Assembly (NCBI GenBank): GCA_964597575.1
Contig: CAZQXB010000001.1
Span: 594,511 to 658,510, forward strand
Length of the DNA stretch: 64,000 nucleotides
Reading direction: 5' to 3'
Source of the DNA: an uncultured Gammaproteobacteria bacterium
GTDB taxonomy: Bacteria; Patescibacteriota; Patescibacteriia; Magasanikbacterales; UBA922
The notes under the pieces were generated by a model that was not told the DNA's origin, ran no database searches, and was given only the letters and a program-made list of their open reading frames with translations. Within the stretch, counting starts at the first letter, position 1; each line of letters begins with the position of its first letter. This document shows, one piece after another, positions 51,193 through 60,536 of this stretch. The position numbers were made by a program, and so were the translations under genes.

Positions 51193-51765
51193 TCATACCT
51201 CTAAAAGGTCAAATAATTCTCGTTCACATTTCTTTAAACTCGAATCTTTTCCATGTTTATACTCTTTAAATGCTTGCCAAAATCGTATGGTTTGAGGTTT
51301 CCTCCACGGTTTAAACACAATAGCAATCGGACAAAACTCTTTCCCACTCCATTCTTTTCGACCCCGAAACATATGCTGCGACACTCTTCCCCAATGCTGA
51401 AAGACTTGTAACTCTAGTGTACCCTTCCATTCCCACTGGCTACGTTCCGACCAATTTATAACGACTGCTTGGGAACGAATTTGGGGCAGGATATGCTCTT
51501 CGACATACTCTTTCCAAACAGGAGAATCTGAATAAACAAAAAGTAAATGCTTTCCTTTTGGGTACCACCTTTGCCTTACTAAAAAACCAAGCCTCTTCCC
51601 TTTTATAAAGTGGTAAAAAAGAAAGAAGATAATTACCGGAAAAAGAATGGCAAGAAAGACGAGAAAAAAGATCGTCACGAAGAAATCTTTCATTTTTCTT
51701 TGCAGTGACTGTTCGTGTGGCATAGAGCCTAGCGGGTTTACTTTTTTATTTCGATTATTTTTCAT
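51193..51765 (-). CDS. hypothetical single-TM protein (start uncertain)
   Basis: Hydrophobic helix followed by Trp-rich domain. Confidence 0.65.
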   Translation of the reverse strand: MKNNRNKKVNPLGSMPHEQSLQRKMKDFFVTIFFLVFLAILFPVIIFFLFYHFIKGKRLGFLVRQRWYPKGKHLLFVYSDSPVWKEYVEEHILPQIRSQAVVINWSERSQWEWKGTLELQVFQHWGRVSQHMFRGRKEWSGKEFCPIAIVFKPWRKPQTIRFWQAFKEYKHGKDSSLKKCERELFDLLEV

Positions 51766-52177
51766 CCACGGTAATCTTTTTTAACACTCCTTTTCTTTTG
51801 ACAATATTCTTATAATCCCATTGTATAAGCTCTGCTTTTTTGAGCCAACGCTTGAGATCTTTCTTATTAATTTGTGACACATCAGCATATCGCATTTCTG
51901 CCGCCTTAAAGCTTCCTTCTTTTTGCAAATCTCTTTCTTTGAAAGATTGGCCGCTCCAAAAAAGTAACCGCACATTCCCCTTCAACTTGCTGTAGCCAAC
52001 GATAGGATTACCTTCTAAAAACCATACGGGGTGCGCATGCCATAATTTATTTTCTGACTTCGGCAAACTCCGAGTAATTTCTTCCGAGAGTACATCACAT
52101 ATTTCTTTATCCTCCTTGGAAAGAGCCTCGTTATACGCTTGAATATCTGGGGAAATTTTAGATGCTGTTTTTAGCAT
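51755..52177 (-). CDS. DUF1801 (YdhG-like) protein
   Basis: KLWHAHPVWFLEGNPIVGYS...LLFWSGQSF...IQWDYKNIVKRKG. Confidence 0.88.
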   Translation of the reverse strand: MLKTASKISPDIQAYNEALSKEDKEICDVLSEEITRSLPKSENKLWHAHPVWFLEGNPIVGYSKLKGNVRLLFWSGQSFKERDLQKEGSFKAAEMRYADVSQINKKDLKRWLKKAELIQWDYKNIVKRKGVLKKITVDEK

Positions 52178-52308
52178 ACCAAAAGCAATTAGTTATGGAA
52201 CTATGAGGTATCATATCCTATTTGATTCAGAAAATATACCAGCTAGCTTATACCGCCTAAAAATGGCTTTATCATGTTTATTTTAGCACCACTTCTATTG
52301 CCTTTTTT

Positions 52309-52614
52309 GTGGCACTTTACCAGGCATTTAAGTTGCTTGGGTATATGGGGCGAAATGAAGTATCTTCACAAGCAGCGGTAAAAACCTTACGAACCATAAA
52401 GTACTGTGCGATAATTCTCGTCGCTTTTATTATAGGGGCTGAAGCCTACCTCGGTATTGTTCAGCGCAAAATTGAGGAAGATATTGCCGGCGGCGTAATG
52501 ATGGGTCTTGTTATGATTTTCGTTTCCGCCGTAGTTGGTACTGCTGCTGCGGTATTTGAAAGAACTTTACAAAACGCGGTGGATATAAAGTCTGAGAATG
52601 AGTTAACGGTTTAA
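52309..52614 (+). pseudogene. 5'-truncated DUF2975 membrane-protein gene
   Basis: ALYQAFKLLGY...IKYCA...AVDIKSENELTV is the C-terminal part of the family; in-frame stop shortly upstream; usual downstream HTH partner absent. Confidence 0.65.
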
Positions 52615-52640
52615 AACTTTTCTTTCCATTCAAATTCAGT

Positions 52641-52713
52641 CTACAAAAAATACATAAGAGCACCGTACGGTGCTCTTATGTATTTGCGGGGAATAAAAGA
52701 AAAAAATCGAATG
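52641..52713 (+). repeat. left att-like site: 38-bp palindrome + TGCGG-N17-TCGAATG
   Basis: AAATACATAAGAGCACCGTACGGTGCTCTTATGTATTT (52648-85), TGCGG (52685-89), TCGAATG (52707-13); matches the site at 62397-62471. Confidence 0.7.
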
Positions 52714-52916
52714 GAATTCAAGGGATCTTGCCAGTAGAAGGAGGGGTTTGGGGAGGAATTCCGTCCGCTCCTTGGCCGTGGGTAAATGACGATTTTAAGT
52801 TTTTGAATGAGGTTGCAATACCTCATTCCGGAGCTCGTTTCAAGGTAGTCTGAAACGAGCTCTGCTTTGGCAGCAAATTCTTTTATTAGCAATTCACATT
52901 TTTAATCCAATAAACA

Positions 52917-53465
52917 CTACTTATAAAACAACTCATGGCTGCGAAGCTCCTCCTTAATGTCCAAATAATCAGGAAGAGCTTTTGCCACAAGTGCCCAGAA
53001 TTTTCTAGAATGGTTGAATTCTTTGAGATGGCACATTTCGTGAACGATAATATAATCTTGATATTTTGGTGCCAAAAATATAATTTTGTAGTTCAGATTT
53101 AAATTTTGCTTACCTGAACAGCTCCCCCATCGAGTCTTTTGATTTTTAATAAAAATTTTGTTGTATGAAAAACCGTACACTTTATTATAAAACTCAACTC
53201 TTTTCTCTACGAGAGAAAGGGCTTTATCCTTATTTTCTAAATAATCCTTGTGCGAGAAAGTACGAATAGCCTTACTATCCACGCTTTTGAAAAATTGAAT
53301 TTTATCCCACACCCATTGCTTTTTATCAGCAATAAATTTTTCAATCAGCGACAGCTCTACCCCCAAAGGACTGGTAACAACAACACTTCCATCACAATAC
53401 ACCGCAAGGCGCATTCGTTTCGCCCTTTTGCTTCTCTTTAGTTTGTAAGGAATCTTCTTCTCCAT
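52917..53465 (-). CDS. M48/YgjP-like (DUF45) zinc metalloprotease
   Basis: KTRWGSCS, LNY, YIIVHEMCHL..NHS..FW; typical position after hsdR. Confidence 0.9.
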   Translation of the reverse strand: MEKKIPYKLKRSKRAKRMRLAVYCDGSVVVTSPLGVELSLIEKFIADKKQWVWDKIQFFKSVDSKAIRTFSHKDYLENKDKALSLVEKRVEFYNKVYGFSYNKIFIKNQKTRWGSCSGKQNLNLNYKIIFLAPKYQDYIIVHEMCHLKEFNHSRKFWALVAKALPDYLDIKEELRSHELFYK

Positions 53466-53469
53466 AGTT

Positions 53470-56382
53470 CTAGAATTTCTTCGTGATGATGTCCACCAGT
53501 CTATTCAAGAATTTTGGAAAGTCTTTAAGTACAAATCGACCTTTATAATCTCTCAAAATCAATTCCTGCAAGGTTTGTTTTATATCCTTCACAAACACAT
53601 CCCGCTTTGAGGATTCCTGCCAACCACTATCGAGATCGTCTTCAATACGAATGCGCAACTCTTTTATAAATTCCTTTATCACATCCTCTTTTCCAGCCTC
53701 AACAAACTCTTGAGAAATGACATAGAGCGCGTATTCCTTTAGATCAAGCCCTAGATCCTTCGCCTCGTCTCCTTTCGTCTTGATATCGCTCATCAATTCC
53801 TCATATCGGCGTATTCGTTCGGCAAGGTCAATTTGATTCTGTTCAAACTCACGACGAATAGCGGTTAGCCGTTCGCTAAACTTCTGATACGCCGGATTTT
53901 CATCAAGATTGATAGAGATTTCCTGCTTGAGCATCTTCTCAAGGTTGAGAGCCTTTTCTTCTTCGTCCATTCCCTTGAGGCGTTCAAGCGTGTACAAATC
54001 ATTCACGCGAAGTTCTCTGAAATTCTTGGTGATTCCTTCGTAGTCGATGATATTGCTCTTTTGAATAAGCTCTTTAACTTTCTCCCCATATTCTTCAAGC
54101 AAATAGCGATCATCTTCGCTTCGGAATTCTTTCAAAAATGCCAGGTAAAAACTCGTCACCCATTCAAACGGACGAATATACTGCTTCAGGAATGGATCAG
54201 GCGAAAGAAACTCAAACAAACTCTTGAGCTTCATATACTTCTCAACAAAGTATTTCTGCTTGTCTTGATTATCGATGAAAATCTTGAGACATCGACGAAG
54301 ATTATCCATTGATGGGTCTTCAATATTCACGCCGGTAAATACCTTCATCACATCATTTAAGACATCAGTAAATCGCGCCTTGACTCGCTCAATATCAATC
54401 ATCGCCGAATCAATGACGTCTTCGTCAAAATCTAGAGCATCATAAAGATTCCTCGTAATGCCATAGTAGTCAATAATCTTTCCGGCTTCTTTGTTTTTAT
54501 ATACCCGATTCGTACGCGCAATAGCCTGCAAGAGGTTGTGGTCGCGAAGCGGCTTGTCGAGGTACATCACTTGCTCAATCGGCGCGTCAAAACCAGTGAG
54601 CAACATATCGCACACCAAAAGGAATTTAAGTGATGACTTTGAATCTTTGAATTTCTCAATGATTTGCTCTCGCTCACGTTTGCTCGTGTTGTACACCTTC
54701 AAATCATCCGCATCACTGTTTGGGTCGCCAGGCGAATACACTACCGCCGACCATTCAGCCGGAACCAATTTATCAAGTAGCTTTTTATACGTTGCCACGG
54801 CTTCACGGTCATATGCCACTATTTGCCCCTTAAAGCCGTTTGGCTCCACATAGAGCTTGTAATGCTCCACAATATCCCTTGCCACGGCTTCCATACGCTT
54901 AGGAAGCTTCACGAGCGCTGCTTTCTTACCATACTTCTTCACCAACTCGGTCTTTTGTTTGTCTGACAAATCTCCAGCAATCTCTTCAAACTGTTGATCA
55001 AGCTTTTCTTCATCAATAGAAAACTTTGAAAGACGCGCTTCGTAGGTAACAGGGATAGTCGCCCCGTCATCAATCGCTTGCTGGATAGAGTAGTAGTCCA
55101 AGTATCGCTTCCCATCACCTTCATAATTTCGGAATGTATTGGTATGCGTCTTATCCACCGGCGTTCCAGTGAATCCGAAGAAAAATGCTTTTTTGAACGC
55201 ATTACGCATGTTAATACCCGACACACCCTCGTCCCCTCGATGCGCCTCGTCAGAAAGCACAATCACATTCTCATCAAGATTTTCCACCTTGTCTCCAAGC
55301 TCAGCAAACTTCTGAATGGTCGTAATGAATATGCCTTTCTCCGGTGATTGAATTTTTTCTTCCAAATCTTTGCGCGAAGTGACACGAACAATATTTTTTC
55401 CACCAGCATTGGTAAATGTTTCAAATATTTGATCGTCCAAATCCACGCGGTCAACCAAAATAAATACCTTAGGGTTTTCCAGTTGTTTATTAAACCGTAG
55501 TTTCCATGCCGTGAAATACATCGTGAGCGTCTTGCCTGACCCTTGTGTGTGCCAAATAAGCCCTTGTCGTTTCTCTTTACTTACAACACGCTCAACAATT
55601 TTATTCGTCGCACGCATTTGCTGATAACGAGCAATTTTCTTCACCAATTTCTCCTTCTCTTTTTCAAATAAAATGAAATTTTGCACGATATCCAAAAAAT
55701 TCTCTTTAGAAAGAAGTGAGAAAAGCGACATCTCCAACTCTCCACCAAGCTCTTTTTCCATGTCTTCGTCGCGCCACTGGAGGAAGTATTGCTTTGGCGC
55801 GCCGGTTGCACCGTACACCGTTTTGAGCCCGTCGCTCGCGATATTGAAGCAGTTGGGAATAAACAACTTGCGAGCTACTTTTTCGTATCGCTTTATCTGG
55901 TCAATACCATTTTCAAAACTCACACCCTCCGAAGCCGTCGGGCTTTTGGCCTCAATATCTACAAGCGGAAGCCCGTTTACGAAAATCATAATATCCTGAC
56001 GTATGTTTTCCGTATCCCCCTCAAAATAGAATTGATTAGTAACAACAAATTGATTGTTTTCTGGATTATCGAAATCTACGATTTTATAATCGCGAAATAA
56101 TCCCGTTGCAGAATCTTTGAGGTTTATACCGTTACGAATTGCGTCAAGAAAAATTTGATTTGAGTCAATTTTATTTACTTCACGCAAAATACTTTTGGCG
56201 ACAGTATCATCAACGCTGTTTATTCTTTTAATAGCATCAAGTAATTGTGGTTTGATAGTATACTCACTCTCCAAATCACGGAGTTTGGCAAATTCCTCTG
56301 GTTTTATGTATTCAAAACCAAGCTTATCTTTAATAAACCTGATGATGTAATTTTCTACTGTAACTTGTTCATTGAATTTCAT
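53470..56382 (-). CDS. hsdR: type I restriction endonuclease subunit R
   Basis: RQDIMIFVNGLPLVDIEAK nuclease motif, WHTQGSGKT, DEAHR, GFTGTP, DMLLTGFDAP, LLQAIARTNR. Confidence 0.95.
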   Translation of the reverse strand: MKFNEQVTVENYIIRFIKDKLGFEYIKPEEFAKLRDLESEYTIKPQLLDAIKRINSVDDTVAKSILREVNKIDSNQIFLDAIRNGINLKDSATGLFRDYKIVDFDNPENNQFVVTNQFYFEGDTENIRQDIMIFVNGLPLVDIEAKSPTASEGVSFENGIDQIKRYEKVARKLFIPNCFNIASDGLKTVYGATGAPKQYFLQWRDEDMEKELGGELEMSLFSLLSKENFLDIVQNFILFEKEKEKLVKKIARYQQMRATNKIVERVVSKEKRQGLIWHTQGSGKTLTMYFTAWKLRFNKQLENPKVFILVDRVDLDDQIFETFTNAGGKNIVRVTSRKDLEEKIQSPEKGIFITTIQKFAELGDKVENLDENVIVLSDEAHRGDEGVSGINMRNAFKKAFFFGFTGTPVDKTHTNTFRNYEGDGKRYLDYYSIQQAIDDGATIPVTYEARLSKFSIDEEKLDQQFEEIAGDLSDKQKTELVKKYGKKAALVKLPKRMEAVARDIVEHYKLYVEPNGFKGQIVAYDREAVATYKKLLDKLVPAEWSAVVYSPGDPNSDADDLKVYNTSKREREQIIEKFKDSKSSLKFLLVCDMLLTGFDAPIEQVMYLDKPLRDHNLLQAIARTNRVYKNKEAGKIIDYYGITRNLYDALDFDEDVIDSAMIDIERVKARFTDVLNDVMKVFTGVNIEDPSMDNLRRCLKIFIDNQDKQKYFVEKYMKLKSLFEFLSPDPFLKQYIRPFEWVTSFYLAFLKEFRSEDDRYLLEEYGEKVKELIQKSNIIDYEGITKNFRELRVNDLYTLERLKGMDEEEKALNLEKMLKQEISINLDENPAYQKFSERLTAIRREFEQNQIDLAERIRRYEELMSDIKTKGDEAKDLGLDLKEYALYVISQEFVEAGKEDVIKEFIKELRIRIEDDLDSGWQESSKRDVFVKDIKQTLQELILRDYKGRFVLKDFPKFLNRLVDIITKKF

Positions 56383-56389
56383 AGTATTA

Positions 56390-57571
56390 CTATGGTTTTT
56401 TGTCCAAGTTCGCCACAAACCCTTCTTTTGATAAAATTTCTACAATCCCTCGCAAAAGATAGTTGTTTGCAAAAGCCACTGTATAAATCCTACCGTTTTC
56501 TTTGAGCGGCATGACCATCTTTTTTTCTTTCAACTTCGAGATAATACGAGACCTTTGCACTGATGAATCCTCATTCAACACCTTCTCCAAATCGCCGGCT
56601 TTTACTTGCATATCTTTTTGAGAGATTATAAATGTCAGAATCTTATATTCTCGATCAGTAATCCATTTATTCTCAAGAGAAAAACTAAAAACTGGTAACA
56701 AAATACTATTGATCAAATAATTTTGATCAAGCAATTTATCTATTTTTTCAATTTCAGCCTTTAGACCCGAGAATACATATTCGCACCATGCGATTGTTTT
56801 TTCTTGTTCTCCAGTATCCGCACCGGCAAGCATATCGTAATATTTTTGCCTATCCATACAAAACATTGCTGTTGGGTTCAAAATCGAACCCGTCTTCACC
56901 TGAAACCCCTGCTTAATGAGCATGGCATAGGTTAGTAACCGCACCAAACGGCCATTTCCATTATCAAACGGGTGAATCCAAGCAAAACGATGGTGTGCCA
57001 GTGCCATAACTAAGAGGTCATTCGCTTTTTCAGTCTTTTGATTTACAAAAGAAAGTAGTTCGTCAAAATAATTTGGTACTTGCAGGTATTCAGGTAAGAC
57101 AACCGAAGACCCTGTAATTTCAGGATTTACATTTCGAAGTTCACCGGGCCGCGCTGAACCTTCTCCTTCTGGTGGTGGAGTAAGATCTTTCGTTATGATT
57201 TTATGCACTTCTGATAAAATAGCCCTACTGATCTCGGTATCTTCTTTAATAGTCTTATGCAAAAATTGCAAAGCATTTTCAATATTATCAATTTCTCTAG
57301 AGCTTTCGTCTGTACGGGTTTTTCCTTGAATTTTTTTCTCCACGAATTCCGCCAGTGTTGTACGATTACCTTCTATTCGTGCCGAACCCAAACTTTCTAG
57401 TATATGAAAAATATCTTTCAATTGAAAAAAGATGTACGGTGGCACACCCACGCTAAAAATCCGTTTAGTGCGTAGTTCTTCAAGCTCAAAAATCAAAGTG
57501 GCAAGACGCGAGTTCCACTCTGGTTTTATAAGCTTAAGCGGTATTTCTTTGAATTCTCGTGTATTTTTCAT
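56390..57571 (-). CDS. Fic family protein with N-terminal inhibitory motif and C-terminal HTH
   Basis: HPFDNGNGRLVR Fic motif; SARIEGN inhibitory (S/T)xxxE(G/N) motif. Confidence 0.92.
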   Translation of the reverse strand: MKNTREFKEIPLKLIKPEWNSRLATLIFELEELRTKRIFSVGVPPYIFFQLKDIFHILESLGSARIEGNRTTLAEFVEKKIQGKTRTDESSREIDNIENALQFLHKTIKEDTEISRAILSEVHKIITKDLTPPPEGEGSARPGELRNVNPEITGSSVVLPEYLQVPNYFDELLSFVNQKTEKANDLLVMALAHHRFAWIHPFDNGNGRLVRLLTYAMLIKQGFQVKTGSILNPTAMFCMDRQKYYDMLAGADTGEQEKTIAWCEYVFSGLKAEIEKIDKLLDQNYLINSILLPVFSFSLENKWITDREYKILTFIISQKDMQVKAGDLEKVLNEDSSVQRSRIISKLKEKKMVMPLKENGRIYTVAFANNYLLRGIVEILSKEGFVANLDKKP

Positions 57572-57708
57572 AAATTGATGATAGCATTATTTACAACATA
57601 CTACAATACTATTTAACATATACACATACAAAAGCCTTATTTTAAGCTATTTTATTACATATACTCTGTAGTATTATTTAACATTTCTCTAATAATGATT
57701 TAACATAT

Positions 57709-59013
57709 TCATGGGATCATTTTCCCAATCGCAGCAAGATGATCAGTTCTCACTTGTCCGCTTAATAAGTCTTGCATCAGGCCTTTTTTGAGGAGAGTAA
57801 ATTTTTCTTTTAATTTTTTATTGACCAAAATCTTTTCATCGACTGCGGAAAGAATTTCCGCAATTTCTTTTTGTTCATCTTCTGTTGGAATCGGGATATA
57901 TACCTGCTCCAAGCTTCCTATAGGCAACTGGGGCTGAGCTGAGCCGGAGACGATTTCTTTATACTTTCGCTTCAACATATCACTCTTCATTAAATGATAT
58001 AGGAAGACTGCCTCGACGCCGTCAAAAGCTCTTAATAAAACCATGCCTGAATTAATTCTTATATTTTCGAAGGTAACATTTTTATCGTAATAAGCAACGT
58101 TTCCTACGGTACCTCTCGTGGTCAACACAACATCTTCCCTTTGAAGCCTTCCCTTTCTTAACGCTTGATCCTTTTCTCTTGATATGAACTGCAATTCGTT
58201 AAATAAAAACTTATCGTCTTTAATGTTCTTATTATTCAGGAACAGACAATAACCCCCACTTGTGAGATAGGGGTCAATAAAATCATGGCCGTGTGGGTAA
58301 TTAACACCGCGATCACCATCAATTATTTCTATAGGTGCATCTTTTAACTTTAAAACCTCCCACTCTTGAGGAATCTGCCCGATTTTTGTTTCTTTAAATT
58401 TTGTATGCCCAATCCCGCGAGTAAAGAGCTGTTGCATCAGTCCGCGTTTGAGTTTTTCTGTCGTCTCAATCACTTCCTGCGTTTTCGCGATATCCTCATC
58501 CACCACACCTAAAATCTCTGCAATCTTTTGCTGTTCTTTGATTGGAGGAATAAGAACTTCAATTTGAGTTTTTATTACAGATGGTCGCACCTCCTTTATG
58601 GTGCTACCAGAGGAAAGTTTGTGCAGAAGATTTTTCTTACTTAGAAGTAAATAATACAAATAAGTATTAAGAAGGTCATCATTTGGTATAATCCCCGCAA
58701 TTCCTTGCTTTGTAGTAACAGGAACATCCGCAATACCAACTTCGCCAATAGTAGCCCCGAACGACAGGATTACGCTTCCAGTCGGCCACAGTTTTGCAGA
58801 TGATTTTTGGAGACCTTCATCCGTAAGTGTGTCCTTTGTTTGTTTAATATGTGGTTTTATATCATTAACCACAACCCAAGGAATCTTGCCGCCAAAATAT
58901 TCATCTTTTGAACGCAAAGGTGTCCCTCCATCACCAATATCAGCGAGAAAATTGCCCAATTCTCCAAATTTCCATCCATTCGGAATATTCTGTTGCGTTT
59001 TAGTGATTGGCAT
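57709..59013 (-). CDS. hsdS: type I restriction specificity subunit S
   Basis: Two TRDs with conserved repeats PPIKEQQKIAEIL / PTEDEQKEIAEIL and LKRGLMQQLFT / LKKGLMQDLLSG. Confidence 0.94.
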   Translation of the reverse strand: MPITKTQQNIPNGWKFGELGNFLADIGDGGTPLRSKDEYFGGKIPWVVVNDIKPHIKQTKDTLTDEGLQKSSAKLWPTGSVILSFGATIGEVGIADVPVTTKQGIAGIIPNDDLLNTYLYYLLLSKKNLLHKLSSGSTIKEVRPSVIKTQIEVLIPPIKEQQKIAEILGVVDEDIAKTQEVIETTEKLKRGLMQQLFTRGIGHTKFKETKIGQIPQEWEVLKLKDAPIEIIDGDRGVNYPHGHDFIDPYLTSGGYCLFLNNKNIKDDKFLFNELQFISREKDQALRKGRLQREDVVLTTRGTVGNVAYYDKNVTFENIRINSGMVLLRAFDGVEAVFLYHLMKSDMLKRKYKEIVSGSAQPQLPIGSLEQVYIPIPTEDEQKEIAEILSAVDEKILVNKKLKEKFTLLKKGLMQDLLSGQVRTDHLAAIGKMIP

Positions 59014-59677
59014 ATTCTTCAATTAACTTTCTCGCGTATGCACGACCAAAATATTTTATGACAACAAACCCGAAACATAGGTACAGACCGTAGCCGATCA
59101 AACAGATTACTCCAACGGTGCGCAGCAGACTCAATGGCTCGGAAAGAAAAATAAGAAGTAGTGACCCGAAAATTCCGCTCAAAGAAGCTCCCCAGAGGTT
59201 TCTGACGAATCCATACTCGATATTATGTTGAAGTACCAAGTAGCCATCTTTTACCTTCCCGATTATCACGCGGATGGAATCCTTGATTCGCTTACGCGCA
59301 TCTTTTTCGTTCTTGTGTTCGTCATCTGCGGTTGGCAGCTGAATTGATAAATCTCTTTTGACCGCCTGACGGATCTGGTCTTTAAACTCGCTCGAATATT
59401 CATCATCAGAGTACATAAGGAAGCTTGTTGTTGGAAAATAAAGTTGCTTCTTAAACAAAAAGTCCTCAAAAATTTTACTCGGTATGCGAACAAAATACTG
59501 GTTGAAGGTATAAAGTAGAATGGTTGACAGCCCAACATTTCCGACAGCAGAAGCGATTAAGGAATCAATATTCCAGATGTTGTTGAGGTAAAAATATTGA
59601 AAAACAAACCACGGAATAAGTCCGATGATAGTCGGAAAGATTCTCGCTATGAGGTTGTAAGTGGAGAATATTTTCAT
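59000..59677 (-). CDS. uncharacterised 4-TM membrane protein embedded in the R-M operon
   Basis: Two N-terminal and two C-terminal hydrophobic helices around a soluble loop; YNLIARIFP and HNIEYGFVRNLWG motifs; overlaps the hsdS start. Confidence 0.78.
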   Translation of the reverse strand: MKIFSTYNLIARIFPTIIGLIPWFVFQYFYLNNIWNIDSLIASAVGNVGLSTILLYTFNQYFVRIPSKIFEDFLFKKQLYFPTTSFLMYSDDEYSSEFKDQIRQAVKRDLSIQLPTADDEHKNEKDARKRIKDSIRVIIGKVKDGYLVLQHNIEYGFVRNLWGASLSGIFGSLLLIFLSEPLSLLRTVGVICLIGYGLYLCFGFVVIKYFGRAYARKLIEEYANH

Positions 59678-59679
59678 AT

Positions 59680-60534
59680 CTATACAGCGAGTGTGTCGTA
59701 TGAGCGAGTACCGTCCGCTCCAAATTCAATAAGAATATGCCCGTCACTACGGGTAGTGAGCACTTTTCTCGTACTTCCTCCAAAATTTACCCCGTCTCCT
59801 AATACATGACCTGCATATTTCTGTGCCATACCTCCTTGTGTGTCATACATTATGTCTTTATCGGAAATCACCACGACCTCTGGAAAGCAATTCTCGAAAA
59901 TTGATTCGTGATATCCATTATCCCTTCCGTGATGCGGGGCAATAAGTACATCTGTTGAAAGCATGTGCGTTTTCACCGCATCTTTTTGAAGAATCTTTTC
60001 CCAAGCCACTCGCTCTAAATCACCAGCGACACAGAGCTTTGATCCTCCAAACTCCACAAAGAGCATTTGACTAAGGTGATTCGTGTTAAGATCTCCATCC
60101 AAATCACTTTGTTCTAGGTGATAAGAATGGGTTGTGTACACAGGAGTGAAATCAACAGCGTTGCCCGTGTAAGTGTCTTTCAGATGGCACACATGTTGGA
60201 GCGCAAAAGTGATTTCATCCTTGTGATTCTTCAGTTCCTGACTAGTGATATTTTTTGGAAGTCGAGTAGTCCATATATCAACTTTCTTTCTTAGGTCTGG
60301 CAACCATGAAAAATGGTCATGGTCGTAGTTTGTGATAGTTAGGTTACCCAAACGAGGTTTTCCGTTTGCGTTCTTTGGAAGTATATTTTTTGAGACTATA
60401 AATTCCACCGGAGAGAATCCTTCGCTTTCACCACCGCAATCTATAAGTCGTGCATGGCTAGGTTGTTCATTAGGGAAAACCAATATAGATTGTGCCGCAC
60501 CAACATCAAACACCGCAATTTGTAATTTACTCAT
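59680..60534 (-). CDS. metallo-beta-lactamase-fold hydrolase (ComEC/Rec2-like, soluble)
   Basis: FDVG, LIDCG, TNYDHDH (variant metal-binding motif), AGDLE, APHHGR, TTRSDG. Confidence 0.85.
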   Translation of the reverse strand: MSKLQIAVFDVGAAQSILVFPNEQPSHARLIDCGGESEGFSPVEFIVSKNILPKNANGKPRLGNLTITNYDHDHFSWLPDLRKKVDIWTTRLPKNITSQELKNHKDEITFALQHVCHLKDTYTGNAVDFTPVYTTHSYHLEQSDLDGDLNTNHLSQMLFVEFGGSKLCVAGDLERVAWEKILQKDAVKTHMLSTDVLIAPHHGRDNGYHESIFENCFPEVVVISDKDIMYDTQGGMAQKYAGHVLGDGVNFGGSTRKVLTTRSDGHILIEFGADGTRSYDTLAV

Positions 60535-60536
60535 AT

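Noticed and set aside
57709-59013. Phase-variable hsdS shufflon
   Set aside because: Single hsdS with two TRDs; no silent hsdS copies, invertase or obvious simple-sequence tract.
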